This document shows positions 1 to 12,099 of a stretch of 60,000 nt of DNA, one piece after another. Source of the stretch: Squalus acanthias (lineage: Eukaryota); assembly GCA_030390025.1 (NCBI GenBank), contig CM059432.1, forward strand, positions 119,600,001-119,660,000. The letters run 5' to 3'. The position numbers were made by a program, and so were the translations under genes. Below the pieces are notes generated by a model. It saw nothing but the letters and a program-made list of their open reading frames with translations, was not told where the DNA came from and made no database searches. The first letter of the stretch is position 1. Every line of letters starts with the position of its first letter.

Positions 1-570
1 AGGTCCTCTCACAAGTCCCAGGACCAGCTGCACAAGAGGAAAAGGAGGCAGCACTGCAGAATATGCACCCTCACTCTCATTAACTCGTGCAAGCAACAGC
101 TCAGGAATTGGCACCCGGGTACTATTGGAAGTGAATTGCGAAGTCAGCACTGGGTGATTCACTGAGCACAGTTAAACAGGAGCAAGGACAGGGAGAAAAG
201 ATAGCAAGCTTGCCTCCTAGGGGGCACAGATGAGGATTTGCAGGGCCCAGCTTTTAAAGATAACTTATTGGTATCCACCACCAATTGATCCGTGCATTCA
301 ACTGCCTGCAAGGGAACTCTCACACCATGTCAGACAGTGTGGAGGAGTCACCGTCCAACTTGTGTAGTGTCATCGAGCATGGCTTTCAGCTCTATGCATT
401 CTGCAGTGGGGCCCTCAGTTATGGAGCCTGTGGCAACAGCTGTAGCAGTGTTGATGGATGCTCAGACTGCTGCTGTTCAAGGTCTGAACTCAAGGTAGCA
501 CCTCGTAGGAGCACCAGAACAGGAAGGAGAGCACTAAAGACAGGCTCTAGGGGTTTGCACCAGGGTGATC
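1..570 (+). pseudogene. Decayed 3' part of a Harbinger Myb/SANT-like gene
   Basis: Resembles the Harbinger accessory-gene 3' regions at 38340-39130 (gatgaggat..gggcc, ..cgtaggagcaccag..cacaagggtgat); many stops. Confidence 0.5.
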
Positions 571-574
571 CTTA

Positions 575-1010
575 GGGCTGGATTTTGTCTTGGGGTTGGG
601 TTAGGGTCGTGTAATCCGCATTTCGTGTTTCCCCCCTGACTCCAGATTAATGTGGATGCCTGATGCAATTTTCACTTAATTGGGCAATTAAGTTGGAGCA
701 TGTGGGAGCCCATGAACTAATTAGTGTTTTCAGTCTGAAAGTCGCCTCTGATGATGTGATGTCATCATTGCTGACTGCCTAGTTTCAGAGACTGTTGGTG
801 AGAGAGGACCTGCCTGGCTTTTGATGTGAGTGGACCTGCAAAGAAGGCATGGCAGGAGGTAGCAAAGGAGGTCAGTAGCAGGAGCATCACTGTGAGGTCC
901 TGGATACAGTGCCACAAAAACTTCAATGACTTGACCAGGTCAGGAAAGGTCAGTAAATGTAAAGTTGCACCTGCATCCTGCAGTGCATCCCTCTGAGTCT
1001 TCTTGTCAAT
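575..1010 (+). mobile_element. Harbinger remnant: terminus plus Myb/SANT exon-1 relic
   Basis: gggctggatttt TIR-like start; 850-950 reads AWQEVAKEVSSRSITVRSWIQCHKNFNDLTRSGK followed by gtcagt donor, homologous to 2460-2562. Confidence 0.6.
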
Positions 1011-1255
1011 CATACTCCATTTACACTCACTTCACTTTCATCAGCACTGCAAGAATATAGATATGTTTTTACATTATTCTAATTTAGAACAAAGACAGAA
1101 CAGCTAATGTAGACAGAATTGGTTTAAACTGTGCTCGCAAATCTTTTCTTTTCTCCTCAATCACTGATAACATTGGCGAAGGATGAGTTAAATAAGTTAG
1201 TTGGCATTAATGATATAATATGGAGCTAAAAGGGTTGTTAGGTTAAAACACTATA

Positions 1256-1851
1256 GGACTAGAAATTCGCCTCCTTTGCGCCTCCGGTTAGCACCTCCAG
1301 GGGACGATAACGGGGCGCTAATGACTTACCGCCCGGGCATGGTGCCTGCGAAATTCACCTGGCGGTTTGCGGCGGTGGTAACCCCTTGCACCACACTCGC
1401 CTGCGCCCGGAGATCGTGGTGCCATCCGACTGCACAGCACCCCGGTAGCGCCCTTTAGGGTGCATTTTGAAAATGTTTAAATGGCGCGATTGATCAGCCC
1501 TGTTAGAGTGCGTGGGGCTGATCGTCGAGGATCCCGGCTGCTGTCGGCGATGATGGAGACCGTTCAAATGCTGAGCCTGCAGCAATGGCCCTTCCCTTTA
1601 AGGAAGGGAAAGAGCCCTCGGATCCTGGCAGCACTGCAGTGGTCATTGTGCAGCACTGCACCTCTACCACCTCCCCTGCTTGGTTTAGCGCGCCAGAAGG
1701 GAAGTGGTAGCGCTTGATTTAGCTCTCTGCTTCCTTCCTGGAGCGCTAACACTGAATTTACCGAAAGCTGAGAATGATTAGTGCCTGGCGCTAATTTTTC
1801 CAACTTTCAAAATTTAGCGCCCCAAACGGGACGATCCCGAATTTCTCCCCC
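1256..1851. mobile_element. Non-autonomous Harbinger MITE (596 bp)
   Basis: TIRs ggactagaaattcg / cgaatttctccccc; 3-bp TSD ATA (1253-1255, 1852-1854); many GGCGCTAA/TTAGCGCC subterminal motifs. Confidence 0.85.
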
Positions 1852-2325
1852 ATAGGATTTTAAAGGACAGGCTTTTTATCACAACAGCGGGGAGTGTGGA
1901 GAAGGAAATTACTGCACTATAAATAAGAGAATAGATTCCTTTTACAATAGAGATTGCAAGAGATAAGGGGGTAGAAATTAGGTCGCGCCCCATTTGGGGC
2001 GCAAATATCGTCCGGACGCAAATATTAGCGCCTGGCGCTAATTATCGGCACTGACAGGAAACTTCACTTTTACCGCCCCGGGAGGTGAGTGGAGCGCTAA
2101 AGCAGGCGCTGCACACCTCTCTTAAGGCGCAAAGGCCAAGGAGTGAGGCGCTAACTCAGCGCGCGAGCGCAGCGCAGCTGCTGCCAGTTAGCGAGGGAAC
2201 ACAGACACACTGGCGCCGGACACTTCTTAAAGCGGGGGGGGGCCACTTGCTCCCCAGCCACACCCTGCTCATTGCAGCCTTGAATCTCAGCCTGGAGAGA
2301 CCTGTAATCCATTTTGCTGCCAAGC

Positions 2326-4149
2326 ATGGAGAGGGTGAGAGAACGCGCTCATCGCTTCACCGAGCGGGCCTTGGATGCTCTGGTTGACGCAGTGGAGCGC
2401 AGACGATGTATGCTGTTCCCTGAGAGTGGCAGGAGGCCTTTGCCACGCGAGTTCAGAAGAGTGTGGAGGGAGGTGGCTCAGAGCGTCTCCTCCAGGAGCA
2501 TGGAGCCCAGGACCCATACTCAATGCCGCAAAAAGTTCAACGACCTCACTCGGGTCGTCAGGGTGAGTGGCTTTTTCTCAATACCTCTCCATCCATCCAT
2601 CTCAACCTCACTCTATGGCCAGAGGGTCTTAAAACCCCAATGCACAACACTCATCCAACACCTATGGCCCTTTCACAAACACACACACACATTCCACACT
2701 TTGCATACAGTAAGGGCTATTCACCTATGGGAGGCACATCAGGCAAGACCATGGCTGTATATTGTAAGGGCTATTCACCTATGGGAGGCACATCAGGCAA
2801 GACCATGGCTGTATATTTACTCAGATGCTGTCCTTTTTCTTGCAGGCTAAGCTGGCTCATAATAGGAGACAGCAGCAACGGACAGGTGGAGGGCGGCTTC
2901 AGCTGCAACCCCTCAGCGATCTGGAGGAGCGCGTCCATAGGATTGTGGCAAGCCGGGTGATCGGTCCCGTCGCCACTGGAGACGCCGACCCCGTTGTGGA
3001 CAGCAATGGTAAGGTCATCACCTTTTTGTCCTCTGTCCTTCCACTTATCCCTCACAATACCAGCCTTTGACACTTTCAATCCAACTTGCTAACTCGCTGC
3101 ACTTATTCCTCCCTTACTGCCACCCTGTCCTCACGCTAAAGCCACTCTTGTACCTCCCTGCTTTCAGATGGTGATTCACCAGCTGAGGAGACGGGCCCTG
3201 AAGCTGCCACTGGGAGTGATGCTGCAGCTGAGGAGGAAGAGGAAGCCAGAGCATCAGTGCCACCCTCTCCCGAGGAAGCCCATGCCCACACTGGGAACAC
3301 GCCTTCCCCGGAGGGGAGCAGGGGGGAAGGGGCTGATGATGGTGAAGCTCCAGGACCCAGCGGGCTGCAGCAACGCCATGGGGGGGGGGTAGGGAAGAAC
3401 GGGGGCCTTCTCCCCAGAGGGAGAGTATGCCAGACACTCCTACTGCAATGGACGCAGAGGAGGAGCGGCTGATTGCAGAAATGAACACCCAGGCGGTGGG
3501 CATGCACACTGAGCTCATGGGTGCAGTGGGAAGGGAGCCCGATTGCATTGAGTCACTGGCAAGGAGTGTGGAGCACTTCGCTGTAGCACAGGCGGATGCC
3601 ACACTAACGCTTAGTGCTGCAATTCAGTCACTGGCTGCCGTGATCCCACCTCTGACTGCTCTCATACAGACTCAGATGGAGGCCACGCGAGCACAGACTG
3701 CTGCCAACCTCGATGGTTCGTGCACATGTCCCCAGGGCTGTCACCGCGCCGCAGCAGGCCAGCAATCTGTTCTCCGGCAAATTGCTCCGGATGCTGAAGT
3801 GCTGCCCCGTGGGAGTGCCAGTGTGTCGGGCGAGCAGGGAGTTGCTGGCCTCTCTCACGATGACAGCATTCCTGCTGCCAACACTGTCACTTCTCCACTG
3901 CACTTGCCACCGCCTGTAGGACAGACTGCTGCCGCCCATGCAGAGTTGGTGCAGTCTGCAGCCGGGCCCTCCAGGCCCAGAAGTGGTCGAGGCCGTCCTT
4001 CAGGGGCATCTGCAGTGTCAGGGTCTGACGAGCAGCAGCCTTCCACCAGCCTTGCTGCAGCCACTGAGGTCCCATTACGGAGGAGCAGTAGGGTTAGAAG
4101 GGGGGAAGTGCGCAAGGGAAGGAGATCACCCTCGAAGGGCAAAAAGTAG
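2326..4149 (+). CDS. Harbinger Myb/SANT-like DNA-binding protein; exons 2326-2562, 2846-3008, 3168-4149; one frameshift at G10 run 3380-3389
   Basis: MERVRERAHRFTERAL..WREVA..QCRKKFNDL trihelix motif; gtgagt..tgcag and gtaag..ttcag introns keep frame; exon 3 changes frame at the poly-G. Confidence 0.85.
2710..2817 (+). repeat. Perfect 54-bp tandem duplication in intron 1 of the Myb gene
   Basis: gtaagggctattcacctatgggaggcacatcaggcaagaccatggctgtatatt twice (2710-2763, 2764-2817). Confidence 0.95.
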
Positions 4150-4443
4150 GAGGTGTGACAAACTGCTGGTCATTTTTTTATTAAAGGCCGAGGTTCATGG
4201 TCCAACTTTTGTTTAGTGTTTTGGACATTATCTCCAGGTTGTGAGAACCAGTTATGTTATTGACTGTTTTTTTGTGTTTATTTCTATGAGTTTGTCATGA
4301 GGAATTGACACACACAGAGTTTGTAAAATAAATAAGTTTCTGTATTCAAAATATACATGGCTGGTGGTTGGAATTATTGGTGCCTTGGCCGGCTTAGGGG
4401 TTGCGTGCTGGGTTGATTAATGTTTGTAGCAATGGCAGGGGCC

Positions 4444-5604
4444 CTAGAAGCGGCTTGCTATTAGTCGTTGACGGACGGCCCTTGCAGTTTGACCATTGTG
4501 GGCCGCCCTCCTGCCTTGGTGCTGCTGATGATCATCGTCCTCGTCCTCTTCCTCCTCTTCCTCCTCCTCCTCTGGTGGTGCTACAAGGCCTGGTGGCATT
4601 GGATGGGTCCTGAGGATTGCCATGTTGTGCAACATGCAGCACACGACTACGAAGTTCGAAACTTGCTCAGGCGAGTACTGCAGGGCTCCTCCGGAATGGT
4701 CCAGACAGTGGAACCGTTGTTTCAGCACGCCGATTGTGCGCTCAATAATGTTCCTGGTTGCTTGATGGCTTTCATTGTACCGCAGCTCAGCAGGGGTGTT
4801 TGGCGTACGGAGCGGTGTCATCAGCCAGGTGCTCAATGCGCACCCCTTGTCCCCCAGAAGCCAACCAACTGGCTGATGCGGTGCCTCGAAAACTTCTGCC
4901 ACAGTAGTCTGGCGCAGGATGAAAGCATCGTGGCAGCTGCCCGGATAGTGGACATTGACAGCGAGTATCACCTGTCTGTGGTCACAGACCAACTGCACAT
5001 TCAAGGAATGGAACCCCTTTCTGTTCCTGAATTCCTCTGCATTCTCTCGCGGAGCACGCAAAGCCACATGCGTGCAGTCAATGGCGCCCTGCACCATGGG
5101 GAAGCACGCTACCCTCGCAAAGCCCAGAGCACGGTCACGCTGCTTGTCTGGGGTCATAGGGAAAGAGATGAAGTCTCGTCTCCTTCTGAAGAGGGCATTG
5201 GTGACCTGCCGGATGCAGCGATGCACCGCAAACTGGGAGATATTGGCGAGGTCCCCAACAGCAGCTTGGAATGAGCCAGTGGCGTAGACGTTCAAAGCCA
5301 CTGTGACCGTCACTGCCACCGACAGAGACGTCCTGGACCTCAGTTGAGGCTGCAGATCTGGCTGCAGCAGGTGGCAGAGCTCAGTGACCACCTCCTTGCT
5401 GAATCGCAGCCTTCGCAAACACAGCTCCTCAGACATATGGATGTAGGAGAGCTGTTCACGATATACCCTGGGAGGGTAAGCTCTCCTGTACATGCGCCTG
5501 ATGGCCCTCCTCCGTCTGGCCATCATTGCCACTCTCTGTCTGCGTCTCTGTATCCTCCGATTCAGCTGGAGCAGGACGACGCCCCCAATCATTGCAGCCC
5601 CCAT
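4444..5604 (-). CDS. Harbinger (HARBI1-like) DDE transposase, open 386 aa
   Basis: ATG at 5604 (MGAAMIGG); motifs GAIDCTH, NRKGFHSLNVQLVCD, YPGSCHD, LLGDKG, IERTIGVLKQRF, CCMLHN; no stops. Confidence 0.92.
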   Translation of the reverse strand: MGAAMIGGVVLLQLNRRIQRRRQRVAMMARRRRAIRRMYRRAYPPRVYREQLSYIHMSEELCLRRLRFSKEVVTELCHLLQPDLQPQLRSRTSLSVAVTVTVALNVYATGSFQAAVGDLANISQFAVHRCIRQVTNALFRRRRDFISFPMTPDKQRDRALGFARVACFPMVQGAIDCTHVALRAPRENAEEFRNRKGFHSLNVQLVCDHRQVILAVNVHYPGSCHDAFILRQTTVAEVFEAPHQPVGWLLGDKGCALSTWLMTPLRTPNTPAELRYNESHQATRNIIERTIGVLKQRFHCLDHSGGALQYSPEQVSNFVVVCCMLHNMAILRTHPMPPGLVAPPEEEEEEEEEDEDDDHQQHQGRRAAHNGQTARAVRQRLIASRF

Positions 5605-6732
5605 ATTCTCTTTGCCAGAAAAGTAATGAGGTACAGCAACTAAAGTAGCAACAAAGTTAGGATGAATAGGCAAAACTACCTCACAAAGCGTTGAGTCAAT
5701 GTAGAAGTCTCTCTCTCTCTCTCTCCGAATCTCTCTCTCTCTCTCAGAACGAGTGGTGCATAAATGTCGACCACAGAAAAAGACAGGAAGAGGCCCCCTT
5801 TAAATAGCGCCCCCCCCCAGCCCCACACCGATTGATAACGTTCCAGTCTTCCGGTCGTTGGAAGCGCCAGGCGGTAAGGCAGGGGGCGCCACTAAATTTC
5901 CGCTCCGGGGCGCCCCAAGGGCGTTGCACCATGGAATGACGTCACAATCTGCGCGCGCAGGTGGTCGCAGCGGTAAGTTTTAGCGCCGCCACACAATCTC
6001 AAGTTAAGTTCTCGAGCGGCGCAAACATCGCCGCGCCCGGGCGTTAGCGGCTTAACGCCCCATTAGCGCCCTCTTAAGGCGCTAACGGGAGGCGCAACCA
6101 AGTGAATTTTTACCCCAAGACGTCAAAGGCTTGTACAACAAAGGCTATAATTCGAAAGAACAAAGATAGGAAACAAAGGTACATCATTGTCTAGCAATCT
6201 GTTAAATAATCTAAGGGTCATTAAACACCCAATAAATTTGAAACCAGAAAGAACTGGACAAAGAAACAAAGCAAAGCTCTTTAGGAACTTTGACTACCTT
6301 CAAGGTGAGGTAGCTGAACAGGCTTTAGATAAAGCAGCACTCACAATTCCCGCAAAGTTCTTTGCACATACGTGTTAGACATAGGGCTGTGTGTACTGCT
6401 CTGTATGAAGTCATAAAATGAATGTTTTGAAAAAATAATAAATGAAGTTAATTGTTAGACATATTACTATCTCTAGCTTTTCAAATTGGGTATTAATAAG
6501 ATCAGGAAGGAATTATCCAACAAGCACTTATCATTCTGCTAATATGCACATCCTCCGATCCTCACTCCCCTCATATCCTCACCTCTTGCTTCCTCCTTCC
6601 ACCACTGCCAATCACCCTAATCCTCATGTAATCTGATATCACCTCATGTAATTTAGCTCCCCCAATTCTCAGCACTCATCCCGAAGTGGCACCCATCAAC
6701 ACGTTTAACACGTCTAACACGTATGTGCAAAG

Positions 6733-8220
6733 AACTGTACCCATGGATTGGAGGGTAGCTAATGTTACCCCACTATTCAAAAAGGGTGGTAGAGAGAAAG
6801 CGGAGAATTACAGACCGGTAAGCCTGACATCGGTAGTGGGGAAAATGCTAGAGTCCATTATAAAGGATGTAATAGCTGAGCACTTGAAAAACAGTGACAG
6901 GATCGGACAAAGTCAACATGGATTTACAAAAGGTAAATCGTGCTTGACTAATCTACTGGAATTTTTTGAGGATGTAACTGGGAAAATAGATAAGGGAGAA
7001 CCAGTAGATGTGGTGTATTTGGACTTTCAAAAGGCTTTCGATAAGGTCCCGCATAAGAGATTAGCGTGTAAAGTTAAGGCACATGGGATTGGGGGCAAGG
7101 TATTGACTTGGATTGAGAACTGGTTGGCGGACAGAAAGCAGAGAGTAGGAATTAATGGGTCTTTTTCCGAGTGGCAAGCAGTGACTAGTGGGGTACCACA
7201 GGGATCGGTCCTTGGACCCCAGCTATTCACAATATACATTAATGATCGAGATAAGGGAACTAAATGTAATATCTCCAAGTTTGCAGATGACACAAAGCTG
7301 GGTGGGAGTGTGTGCTGCGAGGAGGATAGCGAGAAACTCCAGGATGATTTGGACAGGTTGGCTGAGTGGGCAGAAGCGTGGCAGATGTAATATAATGTGG
7401 ATAAATGCGAGGTTATCCACTTTGGTGTCAAAAACAGAAAGGCAGACTATTATCTGAATGGCAATAGATTGGGAGAAGGGGAAGTGCAACGAGACCTGGG
7501 TGTCCTTGTGCACCAGTCGCTGAAGGTAAGCATGCAGGTGCAACAGGCGGTGAAGAAGGCAAATGGTATGTTGGCCTTCATAGTGAAAGGGTTTGAGTAT
7601 AGGAACAGGGATGTCCTGCTGCAGTTGTACAGGGCCTTGGTGAGACCACACCTTGAGTACTGTGTGCAGTTTTGGTCCCCTTATCTGAGGAAGGATGTTC
7701 TTACCATGGAAGGAGTTCAGCAAAGATTCACAAGGCTGATACCTGGGGTGGCAGGAATGACATATGAGGAGAGATTGGGTCGATTGGGCTTATACTCGCT
7801 GGAGTATAGAAGAATGAGAGGGGATCTCATCCAAACATATAAAATTCTGACAGGTCTGGACAAACTAGATGCAGGAAGAATGTTCCCGATGGTCAGAGAG
7901 TCCAGATCCAGGGGTCATAATCTAAGGATAAGGGGTAAGCCATTTAGGACAGAAATGAGGAAGAATTTCTTCACCCAGAGAGTGGTGAACCTGTGGAATT
8001 CTCTACCACAGAAGGTAGTTGAGGCCAAGTCATTAAATATATTCAAGAATGAGTTAGATATATTTCTTAAAGCTAAAGGTATCAAGGGATAAGGGGAGAA
8101 GGCAGGTACAGGGTACTGAGTTTGGATGATCAGCCATGATCTCATCGAATGGCGGAGCAGGCTCGAGGGGCCGAATGGCCTACTCCTGCTCCTATCTTCT
8201 ATGTTTCTATGTTTCTATGT
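6733..8220 (+). mobile_element. CR1 LINE, 5'-truncated ORF2 (RT) with 3' tail
   Basis: [26 protein letters not shown]; nonsense codons at 7388 and 8090; ends in (ttctatgt)n. Confidence 0.93.
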
Positions 8221-9908
8221 TCCTCAAATGCATGCCAGTGCCACTTGTGATGCATTTGCCCGATTGTCACCCTCACTGAATGCACTGCATCCATCAGATG
8301 CACACATGCCTCAGAGCCACCATTCGGTCTGCTGCGCCACCCTTGCAGGAGAAGAGAGCATAGAATGCCAGGGGAAGGCAAGGACTGGGGGCGGGCACCC
8401 CGAGATGGTGAAACTTTACCCAGCGGAGTAGGGGGTGCTGGAGATATGCGGCATCTCTGCCTCCCTAAGCATTGGAGATGGTGGGATTGGTACTGCAATG
8501 CAGCAGGGTGACAGCTTTAATCTCTCAGACCCACATCTCATCCAAGGCAAAGTGATCTTTAGTTGACTTGAGCACTTTAGCAAATATGATCACTTTAATC
8601 ACATGCATTTCAACATTTGTAAAGTTACAGGACTAAATCATATCCGTCTCTTCACTCCTCCAGGGCCATCACGCAAGAACAGGAAACCCTGCCGGAGAGG
8701 ACGAAAACTCCTCAGAGGAGCTCATTCCTGCTGAAAGCCCACTGTAACAGGAGACATGCATTGCAGGCACCAGTGCAGATAGGAGCACATTGGTAGGGCC
8801 CGTAAGACAGTTAGATGTGATGTCACCTCGTGATTATTTATTTGTTGGATCACATTAAATATTTAAATTCTCACCACATTCCCGTGTGCCCCATTATTTT
8901 AAGGCGAGTGCCCATTCTGCTTTTCATTTATTTGGTGCTGAAGGCGGAGAGCTTTAGTGACTGACGTCAATTGGTGGATGTGGAACCAGTGGATGAATGG
9001 TTACAGGACTGCTTGTGCGAGAGGGGAAGGTATCATCACGTTGGTCCAGTGTGAGTGACTAACAGAACCTTCGAGCAATCAGGAAATCCCTGGCATCTCG
9101 AGCAGCAATGTGATTGGCTGGTCTTGCGTTGGGCGCCTCATCTTCCTCTTCACCATTGTAATCCTCCTCAGATGAAGAGACCTGAGCAGCTTCTTCCTCC
9201 TGGATCTCTAGTCATCGTTGCTGCGATATGTTGTGCAGCACACAGCAGACCACGATTATCCTCGAGAGTCTCGCCGGTCAGTACTGAAGGGAGCATCCAG
9301 ACCTGTCCAGGCACCTGTAGCACAACTTCAGCATGCCAATGGCTTGCTCGATGACACATCTAATTGTTATGTGGCTTGAGTTGTACCTCTCCTGGTGTTC
9401 ATTGGTGGGTTTCTTCAGAGATGTCGTCAACTAGGTTTGAAGGGGGTATTCTTTGTCCCCAAGCAGCCATCCTTTCAGTTTTGTTCCAAGATCGGAACAT
9501 GTTGGGGAATGCTGGACTGTCGCAGTATGAAAACTTCATGGCAGCTCACAGGAATCTCGCATGGACCTGCAGAAACCATTTTTTGTGATTGCACACCGGC
9601 TGCACATTGATGGACTTAAATTCCTTGTGGTTGATGAATGTTCCTGGTTGGTCCTGGGGTGGTCGGATTGCGACCCTGCACCTGTGGGAAGCCAGCCAGA
9701 GATGTGAATCTCAGTGCATGCTCACTCTGGTTACTGTCATTATGGGGGAAATTTACATAGCTCCCAGCCCTGGCAAACAATCCATCCGTCACCTGCCGTA
9801 TGCATTTATGTGCAGCTGACTGCAACACTCTCACCATGTTTTGGTAGCGCCCTAGCAGGAGCCAGAGGCAAAGACATTGAGGGTGGTGGTGACTTTCACA
9901 GCCACTGG

Positions 9909-11623
9909 TGTAAGGGTTTGTGCCTGTGTCTCAGACGGTGCTGGTGCGAGGTTAGGCCTTCGTTGCCTAATACTATTGCTTGCTCTGGTCTCCGGCCAGC
10001 CTTTTTGCAATAAGCACCTGTGAGTGGTTCGACCCACTCGCCCTTACGGTTCTAACACTGGACTTAGGTGCAGGGAGCAGTAATGCAGAGAAAACTCAAA
10101 TAGATCCGGTTGAATAGTACGAAATGGAAATCTTTATTGCATAGCGTCCAAAATCATGAAGTACATGTCATAGGCGCAAATCAACGATAGTACAAGTATA
10201 CATACATTCATAAAGCTTGGTCTATGGAAATGAAGAACGCACGGCACATCGTAAAAAGGGGAACACATTATACTTTAACCTTAATAAAACCACCCTCCCT
10301 TATCAATACCTACACTACGTCTAGATTTGTAGGATCGGGAAACATGCTCACCACTCGTGTTACTTCGGAGAATTTTAAAGTGAGGCACTCGGCTCGTTTC
10401 GCTGCAGAGCCTGACTGTCACGTGTTTGGAAGGGTCTCTGTACCCCACTTGTTTATCTTCGCTGCTGCGACAAGCAGGCCAGGCTGCCTGTTGTCATGAA
10501 GAACTCGACAGAACTCGGGCACGGTTGTAGAACTCAAAGAAAAGTCTTCCTGTTCCCGACACCGGTTGTCGGTAGATTTCAATGAAGAGTCTTTCTTGTA
10601 TTTTCGGGCGCGGTCGGGGTTTACTGACTGTGGCAGCACGTGGATTCTTCTTCTTGTCTTGTCGTTTCGTCTTGTCTCTTCGGGCCTTCGGGTCCAGACA
10701 CCGTTTACCGACTCTCGGGATGGTGCACCGGTCACTTGCCCTTGTCGAGGCGGCTCGTTCCGTTTGAGCTCCACCCAACATTCGAATAACCGTCCAGTGC
10801 GGCTAAAAGTCCAGAGTCAACAGAGTCCAGCCCTAAAGAAGAGCTTCAGCAGTCAGCAGCCAGATAAGAGTCGAAATCAGGTGCATAAGAGGCCAGCCGG
10901 GAGAATAAGAGTTCAGCAGTCAGCAGCGAGATAAGAGTCGAAATCAAGCGCATAAGAGGCCAGCCGGGAGAATAAGAGACCGATGGACATTTGTTCACTA
11001 TAGTTATAGTGCTGTGTACCCTTATCTCCCGCTCAAATCTTAATGTTTGTCTTTTGTGTAATATTGGCGCTCAAAACTCCCAGCATGGGGCGATTCTTCT
11101 CTTTAACGGGTTTCGGTAGCACCTGAAACTGGCCAACTACCCGTTAATGTTTTCCCCATTGTTGACCCAGCCAGGATTGTATGAATCGTCTCCCTGACTG
11201 GTTTTGGGGGCCCCCGAATACTTGCTTAATCACCCGTCGATGTCTCTCTTATTGTAGAGCCGTGGGGGTATTTGTGTATTGATGTGTCTGGATGGGCCTT
11301 CGATTGCCCAGTACAATGGTCCTTACTTGTGCATGGAAAACGGTTCCAGCACTTATATCTCTGCTATTGTCACAAATGCAAACAGGTTGCATTCTGTCTT
11401 TATCAGTGTTTATCGAGTATGATCCAATCTTATATTGAATGTTTATTCAACGCCATCTTGTCTGCCCACTGTATTTCTGGAAGCTTCTGCCACGATGCGC
11501 GGCGGCCATTTTACAGGCTTCTGTGTCCTTTATAATTATGACAGCATTTTGTTTAATAAAACTGATCAAACGAATCTGCTTCTCTTTCGTTATTTTGAAT
11601 CGCGATAATTGCGAAACTTTACA
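9909..11623 (-). mobile_element. Solo LTR (1715 bp) of the long-LTR family
   Basis: TGTAAG..TTTACA termini, 4-bp TSD CTGG; colinear with LTR 31463-34015; AATAAA on - strand at ~10135. Confidence 0.92.
10845..10978. repeat. 67-bp tandem duplication inside solo LTR
   Basis: ttcagcagtcagcagc..ccgggagaataagag units start at 10845 and 10912. Confidence 0.9.
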
Positions 11624-12099
11624 CTGGTAATGCGTGGTCACCAGATCCAGCAGGCAGCAGGTCTTCCTGTAGGAGGCTGCAGAGGTCTGCAACCACCTGA
11701 CGTGGCAATCTCAGCCTTCAGAAGCATTGCTCCTCTGACAGCTCAAGGAAGCTGAGCCTTTGTCTGTAGACCTTGTTAGGTGGGTAGGGCCTTCTGCGAG
11801 CGGGTCCCCTCTGTTGCTCCGCTCTCTGCTGGCCACCTGCACGTCCTTCCACATCACACCCTTGCTGCTGTTCATCCTCATTCTCCTCCTCTTCCTCAGT
11901 CTAATTGACAGCAGCCATGGTGCCAACCATCATGACCTTCTCTATCTGAACAGCTCAGAACTCTCCTATTTAAATATGTTAATGTGCCTCCTGCCTCTCC
12001 ACAACGGGACACTCGGACACCCCGATAATCGCCGCTGTAAAAATGGTGACAAGTGCATATGTGGCGGGTTGGGCTCGTCGTGGGGGGAGCTAATATTGA

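Larger units (their letters stand above)
1968..6116. mobile_element. Full-length autonomous-type PIF/Harbinger DNA transposon (4149 bp)
   Basis: TIRs ggggtagaaatt / aatttttacccc; TSD AAG (1965-1967, 6117-6119); convergent Myb gene (+) and transposase (-). Confidence 0.95.
9040..11925 (-). pseudogene. Decayed Harbinger transposase split by a solo LTR (segments 9040-9908 and 11624-11925)
   Basis: Removing the LTR restores ..LRLPRQVVADLCSLLQEDL..ALPVAVKVTTTLNVFASGS..; many stops. Confidence 0.75.

Noticed and set aside
2710..2817. CRISPR-like or coding repeat
   Set aside because: Simple two-unit duplication in an intron, no spacers
3380..3400. Programmed frameshift in the Harbinger Myb gene (the copy at ~44430 also shifts nearby)
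   Set aside because: The two copies need opposite shifts (-1 versus +1) in different G runs, so these are independent homopolymer indels or errors
4468..5274. Long antisense ORFs over transposases (also 42459-43163, 54854-55492)
   Set aside because: Shadow frames of GC-rich coding sequence with no motifs
4444..5604. Domesticated host HARBI1 gene
   Set aside because: Flanked by TIRs and a TSD, paired with a Myb gene and multicopy in this window
10224..10934. Accessory ORFs within the long LTR
   Set aside because: Frames and lengths are not preserved among the three full LTR copies
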